Assembly (NCBI GenBank): GCA_043801585.1
Contig: JAZDLX010000002.1
Span: 1 to 35,500, forward strand
Origin: a bacterium
GTDB lineage: Bacteria; Electryoneota; Electryoneia; Electryoneales; Electryoneaceae
Direction of reading: 5' to 3'
Length of the DNA: 35,500 nucleotides
The notes under the pieces are model-generated. The model ran no database searches and was not told the origin of the DNA. It saw nothing but the letters and a program-made list of their open reading frames with translations. Each line of letters begins with the position of its first letter. Position 1 is the stretch's first letter. This document shows positions 8,017 through 16,545 of the stretch, in pieces. The translations under genes and the position numbers were made by a program.

Positions 8017-9978
8017 ATGCCCGCCTCTCAGACTGCGAACACGGATATCACCGAACTCACCTGGTACAAAAAACACTATCGCGGCCACTTGCCACAACTT
8101 ACCCTCCGCAGCGCTGTGATGGGCGGTCTGCTCGGCGCGGTGATGAGTCTGACGAACCTTTACATTGGTCTGAAAACCGGCTGGGGATTCGGCGTGGCAA
8201 TCACCGCCTGCGTTCTCAGTTGGGCGATCTGGAAGGGAGTCCGCAAAGCCAAACTGGCCAAGACGGACATGACCATCCTCGAAAACAATGCGATGCAATC
8301 CGTGGCGAGCTCCGCCGGATACTCGACCGGTGGCACACTTGTCAGCGCCGTTGCGGCGTTCCTCATCGTCAACAACGTCCAAATCTCCTACGGCCTGCTG
8401 ACCCTCTGGATTTTCTTTCTCGCGATCCTCGGCGTAACCATGGCGATTCCGATGAAACGGCAGATGATCAACATTGAACGTCTCCGTTTCCCCTCCGGCA
8501 TCGCCGCCGGGATGACACTGAGAAGTCTCCACCAGGATTACGAACATGAACCCGCCCTTGGGAAACCGATCGCGGATATCGTTCCCGGCGAGGAAGAGGA
8601 TTCTGGTGACGCCTCGGACGTCGAAGGAGCTCTCGATACGGAAGCGGCTGCAATATCGGCGCGCAACCTCTTCATCGGAGGCGGCGTCGGCGCCCTGATC
8701 TCCATTTTCCGTGACGGTTTCACGATGCTTTCGGATATCGGCGCACCCTGGAAACCCTTCCACCTGATCAGAGAAGCCTACCCGATCTTTGGCCAGAAAG
8801 CCCTGAACTACACGGTGGGCATGGAGGGCAGCCTGCTGCTTGTCGGCGGCGGGATGCTGATGGGATTGCGTGTCGCCGCGTCGGTAATGCTCGGCGCGAT
8901 TATCAACTGGGCGATCCTCGTCCCCTGGATGCACAACATGGGTGTGATCGAAGCGCTCACTTTCCGGTCGATGGTTTCCTGGTCGCTCTGGGGTGGCGCC
9001 GCCTGCATGGTCACCAGCGGGTTGCTGGCCTTCGTGTTCCAGTGGAAATCCGTCGTCCGTGCGGTCAGCGGGGTGACGGATCTGTTCAAGACACGGAGAC
9101 TCGAGGGCGAACAGGGCAGTGAACTCGAGCAGTGGGTCAAGCGCGTGGAAGTCCCCTCGTCCTGGATGATGGCCGGACTTCTTGCGGGCGGGATCGGAGT
9201 GATGGCTGTCGCCAAGGTCGCTTTTGGCATGCCCCTGTGGCAGAGCCTGCTGGCGATCTTCCTTTCCTTCTTCCTCGCTCTCGTCGCTTGCCGGACGACC
9301 GGTGAAACGGACACGAGTCCGATCGGAGCAATGGGCAAGGTGATGCAGCTCGCTTACGGCGCCATCGCACCGGGCAAGACGACGATCAACCTGATGGCCG
9401 CCAACATCACCGCCGGCGTCGCCGATTCCTCCTCCGCCCTGCTGATCGACTTGAAAAGCGGCTACATCCTCGGCGGCAATCCGCGCAAGCAGTTCCTCGC
9501 GCAGTTCATCGGCATATTCATCGGGACGGCAATCACCGTTCCCAGTTTTTACCTGCTCGTCCCGGACGCCAGCGCACTCGGCACGGACCAGTGGCCGGCA
9601 CCCGCCGCACAGGTTTGGGCGGGAGTGGCACGCCTTCTCGCTGCCGGCCTTGAATCCCTGCATCCGACCGCACGCATCGCACTCCTGGTTGGCGGCGCTG
9701 TCGGCATCATCCTGGTGGTTCTCCCGCGCTTGCTCCCACAGAAAGCCCGTGTCTGGGTCCCTTCACCGCTCGGCCTCGGACTCGCTTTTACATTTCACTT
9801 CTGGTATGCCCTGTCGATGTTCATCGGCGGTGTGATCCAATACGTGGTCAGCAGGCAAAATTCCCGAGCGGAGTCGACGTTTACCGTACCGATAGCTTCG
9901 GGGTTGATCGCCGGAGAGAGTCTCATGGGCATCTTCATCATCCTTCTGCCCTTGATCGCCGGACTTCTTCATTCCTAA
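8017..9978 (+). CDS. OPT-family oligopeptide/metal-chelate transporter
   Basis: QLTLRS, NLYIGLKTGWG, ENNAMQSVASS, LRFPSG, DLKSGYILG, PAPAA, ASGLIAGE; many hydrophobic segments; ATG 8017 with GAGGA RBS. Confidence 0.9.
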   Translation: MPASQTANTDITELTWYKKHYRGHLPQLTLRSAVMGGLLGAVMSLTNLYIGLKTGWGFGVAITACVLSWAIWKGVRKAKLAKTDMTILENNAMQSVASSAGYSTGGTLVSAVAAFLIVNNVQISYGLLTLWIFFLAILGVTMAIPMKRQMINIERLRFPSGIAAGMTLRSLHQDYEHEPALGKPIADIVPGEEEDSGDASDVEGALDTEAAAISARNLFIGGGVGALISIFRDGFTMLSDIGAPWKPFHLIREAYPIFGQKALNYTVGMEGSLLLVGGGMLMGLRVAASVMLGAIINWAILVPWMHNMGVIEALTFRSMVSWSLWGGAACMVTSGLLAFVFQWKSVVRAVSGVTDLFKTRRLEGEQGSELEQWVKRVEVPSSWMMAGLLAGGIGVMAVAKVAFGMPLWQSLLAIFLSFFLALVACRTTGETDTSPIGAMGKVMQLAYGAIAPGKTTINLMAANITAGVADSSSALLIDLKSGYILGGNPRKQFLAQFIGIFIGTAITVPSFYLLVPDASALGTDQWPAPAAQVWAGVARLLAAGLESLHPTARIALLVGGAVGIILVVLPRLLPQKARVWVPSPLGLGLAFTFHFWYALSMFIGGVIQYVVSRQNSRAESTFTVPIASGLIAGESLMGIFIILLPLIAGLLHS

Positions 9979-10001
9979 TCAAAGGAGGAGCTTTGGAATC
10001 C

Positions 10002-10892
10002 ATGAAGATGCTCGTCCTCGCCAACCCTCGCGCAGGAGGCGGGCGTGTCTTTCGCAAGCTGCGAAAAATCGAACGTTGGTTCAGCCTGACGCAGCACGAT
10101 GTAACAATCCAGATCCCCCATGGACAGAAGGAGACCATCCGCCTCGCCAGCGAAGCGAAGGAGAACGGGTTCGACGCGGTTATCGGAATGGGCGGCGATG
10201 GGACAGTGAAGGATGTGATTCAAGCGTTAACGGGCAAGGGGATCAAGTTCGGAGCCATCCCCGGCGGCAGGGGGAACGACATGGCGCGGAATCTCGGTTA
10301 TCGCGGCAGTCTCGAGGATATCGTCCGCGGTTTCGCGAATGCGCGCATCCGGAAGATGGACGTCCCTACGGTCAACGGACGCTATTTCGGGAACAATTGC
10401 GGGGTCGGATTTGACTCCGCCGTCGTGGAACTCTCAACGGACGGCACCTGCAAACTCCCAGGCACCCTTTGCTACTTCTGGAACGTTTACCGGGGAGTCA
10501 TCCGGTTCAAACCAATTCCGATGAAGGTGACCATCGACGACCAGGTCTTCGAAGGGAGATACACACTCTGCACCGTGCTCAACGGACAGGATTTCGGCGG
10601 CGGGATGAAAATGGCTCCCGGGGCCCAGATGGACGACGGCATCCTCGACATTTGCCTGGTGGAGAATGTCAGCGCTCTGCGCCTGATGACCATTTTCCCG
10701 TTGGTCTACAAAGGAAAGCACATCGAGCTCCCCGAAGTCACGATGCACCGCGGAACGAGGGTTCTGATCGAGGCGGAAATTCCTTCGCCGATCAACTACG
10801 ACGGCGACCTGATCGGTGTCACCCCCGCACTCGTCGAGATCGGGAAGTATCACCTGGAGGCACTCGTTCCAAGTCCTCCGGAAATAGGTTAA
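10002..10892 (+). CDS. Diacylglycerol kinase family (YegS/DAGK) lipid kinase
   Basis: NPRAG, GGDGT, PGGRGND, GVGFD, FGGG, DDG and YDGD motifs; AGGAGG RBS; TTG 9993 is an alternative start. Confidence 0.92.
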   Translation: MKMLVLANPRAGGGRVFRKLRKIERWFSLTQHDVTIQIPHGQKETIRLASEAKENGFDAVIGMGGDGTVKDVIQALTGKGIKFGAIPGGRGNDMARNLGYRGSLEDIVRGFANARIRKMDVPTVNGRYFGNNCGVGFDSAVVELSTDGTCKLPGTLCYFWNVYRGVIRFKPIPMKVTIDDQVFEGRYTLCTVLNGQDFGGGMKMAPGAQMDDGILDICLVENVSALRLMTIFPLVYKGKHIELPEVTMHRGTRVLIEAEIPSPINYDGDLIGVTPALVEIGKYHLEALVPSPPEIG

Positions 10893-10910
10893 CCGCTGAT
10901 TCAACGAAGA

Positions 10911-11007
10911 GCGACAGTTTCCTTTGAAGGCAGTTTTTCAAAGGCGACTGTCACTTTAAATGTAGTCAGGGACAGTCCCCATACGGTTTTTCAGGAACTG
11001 TCCCTGA
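10911..11007. repeat. Two adjacent GACAGT-core inverted repeats between convergent genes (probable bidirectional terminator or REP-like relics)
   Basis: gcgacagtttcctttgaa/ttcaaaggcgactgtcac (10911-10954, 15/18) and tcagggacagtccc/ggaactgtccctga (10966-11007). Confidence 0.6.
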
Positions 11008-11015
11008 GTGCAGGC

Positions 11016-14000
11016 TCATGGTTGAGTCAGAATCCGCACATCGTGCAGCGGCTTGCCATCCGGTGTCAGCAGATGGCCCGCGAATTCCCAGCCTCCGCCC
11101 CATTGGCTGATCTTGAGCATCAGCACGTTCGTTCCCTGCTTGAGGGTGATCGGAAGGCTGTCCTCCCTGGGAGTGTACGGCCGCCCCACCTGCCGGCGAG
11201 CCAGTTCCTGGCCGTTCAACCAGACAACGTAGCCGTCATCGGTTCCGAAATCGAAACGGGCGTTCATCTCCCTCGGTGATTCGATGTAGCTGACAGCGTA
11301 TCCCACCGCTCTCTTGATTTCGCCTCCAAACTGCTTCTGCAGGTCCACGACAAATTCGGCGTCGGGATCGATGCCGGGCGCCGCCTTCCGTTCGGCCAGA
11401 GTCCAATTGATCCGCTGACGGTCGATGCCGCGATAGGTTTTGTTCAACCGTGGTTTCTTCAGGACTTTCTCGGGCTTCTGCTTCTCGTCGAGTGCGGTTT
11501 TCCATTCTCGAATCGGGAAGGGTCCGAGGACATGCCAGATGGGGATCGATGGCAGCACCTCGGTGGACCAGGGGACACTGACTTCTCCATGTGGCGTGGT
11601 CAGAGTGACATTGGCGAGGAACTGACCGGGCACCATCGATTCCGGCGGTTGATAGGTGATGGAAAACCTCCATGGTTTCCCGACAACTTTCAGATCGCCG
11701 GATTGATCCCGGCTGACGGCCTTCCAACCGCCGGGATCGGTGCATTTCACCACTACACCCAAGTCCCTGATCGGTTCGAGAGCATCGACGACGACGTTCG
11801 CCGAGTAAAGACCTCCCTCCGCTGCGTCCAGCGATACCGACACGCTGAGACCGAGCATCCGCAGCATCGCCTCTCGCCGAACCGCTTCCGGAGCGTCAGA
11901 CGAAGTAATCGCCGTGAGGATATCGTTCCACCCGCCGTTGACGGCTCGAACGAGTCCTGCAGGGTCATTGTTTCCACCGGCGCCGAAGTTCTTCCGCGAT
12001 TCGAGAACGTCGCGAAGTAGATCGGGTATCTGATCCCCCATCCGCCCGGCGAGATCCTCGAGCAGCATGCACCGGCCCTGCAATCCCGAGCGGAGGGACG
12101 CCGGATCTGCATCGGAGAGTGAGACGCTGATCGCCGCGGCCTCGTGCACGGACCGGGACGGCACCCGCACGACAACGCTGAAGTCCTCCGGTTCGTACCA
12201 CCAGGCAGCACGGTCTCCGGCTTCATCCCTCGATGCGACACGCGGGATGGCAGTTCCGTCGAATGACACCTGCCCGGCCGGCCACATCTGCTTCAATTCA
12301 ATCCGGATGGCGCGTGCCTCCAACATTCCCGAGTACGAACCCTCGGCGGGTCCGACACTGACCGTGCAGACATTGTCAACTGTCTGCATGCTGATCGGGG
12401 TTCGCGTGAATTGCCCCTCGAGGTAGTGATCCGTCGAGCCGTCATCTTCGTACAGATTGAAACTGCCCGATTCCCCCGGATACACTCGCACGACAAGAGG
12501 ATCCAACGGGGCGTCACTTCGCTCATTAAACTCCTTCATCGGAATGATGGCACCCGACCGCGCGAAGACCGGTAGATCGTTCAACGTGCTGGCGACTCGA
12601 ACGGTGTCCGGCCCTTCATAAACCCGCCCGGTGAAGAGGTGGGTCCAGCGTCCCGGTGGGAACCAGACGTCACGCACGGCAGTGCGGCTCACGGTGTCTC
12701 TCGGGACGGCGACAGGTGCCACGAGCAGCTGGCTGCCGAAGAGATATTCATCCCCGTGATCGTACGCACCTTCGAGTTCAGGCCACTGCCAATAGAGCGG
12801 TCTGACCAGTGGAGTAGCGTCGTCGTAAGCCGCCCGTGCGGTGGTGTAGATGTAGGGGAGCAGCTCATAACGGAGGTGGAAAAACATCAACGTACTGTTG
12901 AAAATTTCGTCATCAAAGGCCCAGATCCTGCGTTCGGCTTTAGCGTTCTTCGTTGCATGGGTGCGCAGGATGGGGTTGAACACTGCGTACTGTATCCAAC
13001 GGGCATAGATTTCCGGATTGACCGTGCCGGGAAGGTGTCCGCCGATGTCATGGCTCCAGAAGGGAAAGGCGACATTCGCGGCGGTTGCGGTGAACTCGGG
13101 TTGGAATTTAAGAGTCGCCCAGGTGCTGCGGGTGTCACCGGAAAAACCGATCTGGTAGCGATGACTGCCAAAACCACCCCAACGGCTGAAGATCAGCGGG
13201 CGAGTGTGGGGACGCTGGAGGTCGTGCGTCATCTCCTCCCAGTGCTGATCGTTCAACCAGAACAGCGGGTCGAGTCCCGGAATCGCCGATTCTTCTCCCT
13301 GTTGCCAGTCGATCCACCAGAAATCCACACCCTGCCGCTCCAGCGGACGGTGAAGCAGCTCAAAATAGTTCTTCATGTAACGGGGGCTTGCGATGTCGAA
13401 GGGAATCCGCTGTTTCGTTGCAGGATCGACCCCCATCGCCCGGGCAAATTCCAGGTAAGCCACTTCATAAGACTGGACACCGGAATGCGGGTGCAGGTTC
13501 AGGGTGACTTTCAACCCACGTTCGTGCATCCAACGGAGGAATCCCTCGGGATCGGGGAAGTACTTCGGATTCCAGGTGTATCCCGTCCATCCCTCCATGT
13601 GCCAGTCCATGTCCACCACGAGCACGTCGAGCGGGACATTGTGCTTGTGGTAATCGGTGACGAGCTCTTCGAGTTCCCTGTCGGTGTACGCCCAGTACCT
13701 GCTCCACCACGCTCCAAAGGCGAATTTCGGCGGCAACGGGATCCTTCCGGCAACCGTCGTGTAGTCCCTGAGCGCACGAGGATAATCATGCCCGTACCCC
13801 ATGAACACCCAATCCAGTGCAAGGGAATCGGGACGGGGAGTCGCCCAGTGCAGGCTGTCCGTTCCGTAGAGCAGGTTGCGGCTGTCGTCCACAAGCACCC
13901 ATCCGTCCCGGCTTATCAACCCCGGATCGAGCGGGGAACGGCCATTTACCTGGTCAAGCGTGCGCACGGTTCCACCGAGGTTCGCCGTATCCGGCATCCC

Positions 14001-14387
14001 CGGACGCCAAACCCCGGTGCTGTCCAGCGATTTGATACGGACCGCCAGATTTTCGGGTGCGAACGGGCCTCCATTCTCCTTGTAGCGCAGCTCGAGCTCG
14101 TCCGTTTCGAGAATCAACCATCCCTGGAAACGACGGGTGGAGACCGTTGGCACAGGGAGACGACGGTTGACAAACGTCAGACTGGCGCGGTCTTCGAAAG
14201 TCGCGGACGGTGACCACTCCATACGGATCATCGCCGGGGTGAGCACCGTGAAACGGGTGTTTCCGGTGACCACCATCGCATCCGGATTGGCTACCGGATC
14301 ACAGATTACGGAACGTTGTGCCATGGCAGATCCAACCATCAGGGTGAGGGCTACGGTGAGGATCATCGCAGTCTTTGGGGTGGACAT
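11016..14387 (-). CDS. Secreted glycoside hydrolase family 31 (alpha-glucosidase-like) with a DUF5110-like region and extra C-terminal beta-sandwich domains
   Basis: Signal peptide ending SAMA; GAWWSRYW, VDMDWH, WWIDWQQG (nucleophile), IGFSGD (acid/base), WSHDIGG, LRTH, LYEDDG; ATG 14387 with GGAGG RBS. Confidence 0.92.
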   Translation of the reverse strand: MSTPKTAMILTVALTLMVGSAMAQRSVICDPVANPDAMVVTGNTRFTVLTPAMIRMEWSPSATFEDRASLTFVNRRLPVPTVSTRRFQGWLILETDELELRYKENGGPFAPENLAVRIKSLDSTGVWRPGMPDTANLGGTVRTLDQVNGRSPLDPGLISRDGWVLVDDSRNLLYGTDSLHWATPRPDSLALDWVFMGYGHDYPRALRDYTTVAGRIPLPPKFAFGAWWSRYWAYTDRELEELVTDYHKHNVPLDVLVVDMDWHMEGWTGYTWNPKYFPDPEGFLRWMHERGLKVTLNLHPHSGVQSYEVAYLEFARAMGVDPATKQRIPFDIASPRYMKNYFELLHRPLERQGVDFWWIDWQQGEESAIPGLDPLFWLNDQHWEEMTHDLQRPHTRPLIFSRWGGFGSHRYQIGFSGDTRSTWATLKFQPEFTATAANVAFPFWSHDIGGHLPGTVNPEIYARWIQYAVFNPILRTHATKNAKAERRIWAFDDEIFNSTLMFFHLRYELLPYIYTTARAAYDDATPLVRPLYWQWPELEGAYDHGDEYLFGSQLLVAPVAVPRDTVSRTAVRDVWFPPGRWTHLFTGRVYEGPDTVRVASTLNDLPVFARSGAIIPMKEFNERSDAPLDPLVVRVYPGESGSFNLYEDDGSTDHYLEGQFTRTPISMQTVDNVCTVSVGPAEGSYSGMLEARAIRIELKQMWPAGQVSFDGTAIPRVASRDEAGDRAAWWYEPEDFSVVVRVPSRSVHEAAAISVSLSDADPASLRSGLQGRCMLLEDLAGRMGDQIPDLLRDVLESRKNFGAGGNNDPAGLVRAVNGGWNDILTAITSSDAPEAVRREAMLRMLGLSVSVSLDAAEGGLYSANVVVDALEPIRDLGVVVKCTDPGGWKAVSRDQSGDLKVVGKPWRFSITYQPPESMVPGQFLANVTLTTPHGEVSVPWSTEVLPSIPIWHVLGPFPIREWKTALDEKQKPEKVLKKPRLNKTYRGIDRQRINWTLAERKAAPGIDPDAEFVVDLQKQFGGEIKRAVGYAVSYIESPREMNARFDFGTDDGYVVWLNGQELARRQVGRPYTPREDSLPITLKQGTNVLMLKISQWGGGWEFAGHLLTPDGKPLHDVRILTQP

Positions 14388-14518
14388 GGAATGCCTCCTC
14401 TGCATCAGTCGTAGAAAGGTGAGAACGCCGTATGGGAGGGGTCAAGCACAAATGCCCTGCGAGACAAATATGGTTGTCATCTGGAGAACTTGAGCCGATG
14501 CCCGGTGCGATAATCGGA

Positions 14519-14603
14519 ACAGGAAAATGTACCAGGTACCTTTTCACGTACGAGGCCGCATTTGTCCTGATCGGGATAAAAAGTACCTGGTACATTTTCC
14601 TGT
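14519..14603. repeat. Long inverted repeat (MITE/REPIN-like), ATGTAYCAGGTAC family
   Basis: Arms acaggaaaatgtaccaggtacctttt and aaaaagtacctggtacattttcctgt match 25/26 around a 33-nt spacer; related copy at 28624-28701. Confidence 0.8.
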
Positions 14604-14608
14604 GTCTG

Positions 14609-15193
14609 TTACCCTTTCTCCACCACCCATTCGAGGATCGCGTCCTGAAGAGGTTCAAGTCCCTCACGTTTCGCAGCGCTGGTAGAAAACACCTGAACGT
14701 CAATCCCCACCTTGTCCCGGATAGTTCTGACCGTTTGCGCGAGTTGTCCGCGTCCGAGTTTGTCGGACTTGGTCAGAATCACCGCCGCACGCACCCCCTC
14801 ATCGACGCACCATTGGATCATTTCACTGTCCAGTTCGCCAAGCCCCCGGCGCACATCTACCAGCACGAGAACGCAACGGAGGTTGCCGTGATCGCTGAGA
14901 AAGTCGGTGACCATCTCACGCCAGCGGACGCGCAGGTCCTCGCCCACCTTCGCAAATCCATAACCCGGAAGGTCAACCAGGTCCCAGCGGTCGTTGATCA
15001 GGAGACGGTGAACGCCGCGAGTCCGTCCCGGCGCCTTCGAGGTGGCGACAATTTTCTGACCGAGCAGGGCGTTGATCAGGGTGGACTTGCCCACGTTGGA
15101 GCGTCCCGCAACGGCAATCGCCGCGCGCGGTGTCCCCTTGTACTTCGGGGGCATTTTCTGGATGGTCTTGATCAGCCAGCGGGACTTTGGCAT
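14609..15193 (-). CDS. engB: Ribosome biogenesis GTPase EngB (YihA/YsxC)
   Basis: GRSNVGKS, PGRT, DLPGYG, TKSDK, TSA; lies downstream of lon, as is common. Confidence 0.94.
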   Translation of the reverse strand: MPKSRWLIKTIQKMPPKYKGTPRAAIAVAGRSNVGKSTLINALLGQKIVATSKAPGRTRGVHRLLINDRWDLVDLPGYGFAKVGEDLRVRWREMVTDFLSDHGNLRCVLVLVDVRRGLGELDSEMIQWCVDEGVRAAVILTKSDKLGRGQLAQTVRTIRDKVGIDVQVFSTSAAKREGLEPLQDAILEWVVEKG

Positions 15194-15239
15194 GGGATGA
15201 GCTCCGTTTGGTAGTTGTGGAGAGTATAAGAAGAGCGGA

Positions 15240-15264
15240 ACAGGATGGACAGGATCAACAGGAT
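15240..15264. repeat. Solo arm of a 9-bp-periodic (ACAGGATNR)x3 repeat
   Basis: acaggatggacaggatcaacaggat, 24/25 identical to 27688-27712. Confidence 0.7.
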
Positions 15265-15313
15265 GCCCGGGAGAATGTCATTGACAGCATTAAAATGTGA
15301 AGGTGACTATATC

Positions 15314-15428
15314 TGTCATTGCGAGGAATCCGTCAGCCGACGGATGACGAAGCAATCTCGAAGTTGCATGCGTAACAAATTCTTGAACAGTGAGATTGCT
15401 TCGGCGACTGTGCCGTCGCGCAATGACA
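15314..15428. repeat. GTCATTGCG..GAAGCAATCTC REP doublet containing a nested 16-bp palindrome
   Basis: Left unit tgtcattgcgaggaatccgtcagccgacggatgacgaagcaatctc, right unit gagattgcttcg..cgcaatgaca; the left unit is 46/47 identical to 34068-34114. Confidence 0.8.
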
Positions 15429-15662
15429 AAATAGTCTCTCTTTCGTAATGCTGGATCCTTAGCGCAGCGGTGGGTGGCTCGATTTGCTCGCAAATCGGGT
15501 TTCTCGACCGTTCAGATACCCGATCCACTAAGGTCGCGATCGGGTTTCTGAAAACAAGTAAACCCTGTCGGAAGAACCTACAGGGCCAATACCTGTCGTG
15601 TCAGGTCGTCAGTGGAGGGAGAATTGAAACACTAAACGAAACGGTAATCTCAAACACAATGA

Positions 15663-15689
15663 GACCCGACTTGACGAGCAAGTCGGGTC
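15663..15689. repeat. Perfect hairpin (REP-like) at the left border of the AT-rich islet
   Basis: gacccgacttg-acgag-caagtcgggtc, 11-bp perfect stem. Confidence 0.6.
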
Positions 15690-15691
15690 AC

Positions 15692-15871
15692 CCAGTCGCA
15701 ATTTCTATCCTCAGCCTTGGCGGTGCAATTCACACTGCAGGATGGAGTCTATTAACAGCAGGAATTGCTCTTTTCGAAGGTTATAAAAGTGTCACTGAAT
15801 ATCAGAATAACGTTAAACTTAATCCAGCTTATTTTCTTTGGAAAATAAATAAACAAAGAACTGTTAAATAA
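15692..15871 (+). pseudogene. AT-rich 3' remnant of a foreign gene
   Basis: Reads PVAISILSLGGAIHTAGWSLLTAGIALFEGYKSVTEYQNNVKLNPAYFLWKINKQRTVK*; protein-like and AT-rich, while the in-frame sequence upstream is palindromic repeat DNA. Confidence 0.5.
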
Positions 15872-16032
15872 TAAATCAGTTATCATTAGCATCCACATTA
15901 TAATATAATTACTCCACAACTTCGAAGGGTGGACAGTTGTAAATGGCCTGCCACTCCAGGGTCAGGTCTTCAATATAGGACAGTTATTACGCATTAAGTA
16001 AAGCCAACTTAGCGAGCATGACAGGACTTATT

Positions 16033-16527
16033 TTAATTCTTTGATAAATTGTAGACATCTCCAAAGTCTTGTTCATCTAACCTGTATCTCTTAATTTTAC
16101 CATCAACTTCTCTAAGTTCGATAAACTTATAATTATTTTCGTAATCATATTGTACTGGTACATACAATTTAATTCTGCTACCCTTTCTTGATAAAACTAT
16201 CTTCTCTGGTCCTTTTTCTCTAGGGTTCCACTTATTTTCATCAATTATCGCATTGCGTTCATAAGCATAATAACCAATCGTGTTAATTATTCTGTTTATA
16301 TCATCAATGCTGTATTTTTTCTCATAAACTACTATATCTCTGGTTGTACCTATCTTTATACCAGAAAGATCATCTATCTTTTCCAATGTAAAATCAATAT
16401 TTTCTGATAGAGTCATTAAACAAGCGCTTAATGAATCCCTTAATTTATTTTTCTCCTTCCATTCATTGAACCAAATAAATACTAGAATAAGTATTATGAG
16501 AAATAACACTAGTATTATACTAATCAT
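16033..16527 (-). CDS. Hypothetical N-terminally membrane-anchored protein, AT-rich
   Basis: 164-aa ORF with MISIILVLFLIILILVFIW anchor; 23-30% GC in two sampled 60-nt lines; AGAGGG RBS; ATG 18 nt after the lon stop. Confidence 0.75.
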   Translation of the reverse strand: MISIILVLFLIILILVFIWFNEWKEKNKLRDSLSACLMTLSENIDFTLEKIDDLSGIKIGTTRDIVVYEKKYSIDDINRIINTIGYYAYERNAIIDENKWNPREKGPEKIVLSRKGSRIKLYVPVQYDYENNYKFIELREVDGKIKRYRLDEQDFGDVYNLSKN

Positions 16528-16545
16528 TGGATGGCCCTCTTTAAA

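Noticed and set aside
15245..15691. ORFs such as 15245-15448, 15290-15493 and the 5' part of 15470-15871 (likewise 27435-27737 and 34067-34252)
   Set aside because: They are translations of palindromic repeat DNA (MDRINR, CHCEE and LRHPSADG patterns recur at repeat copies).
15872..16032. Possible integron attC site beside the AT-rich ORF
   Set aside because: No RYYYAAC...GTTRRRY pair with a long imperfect stem, and no integrase in the window.
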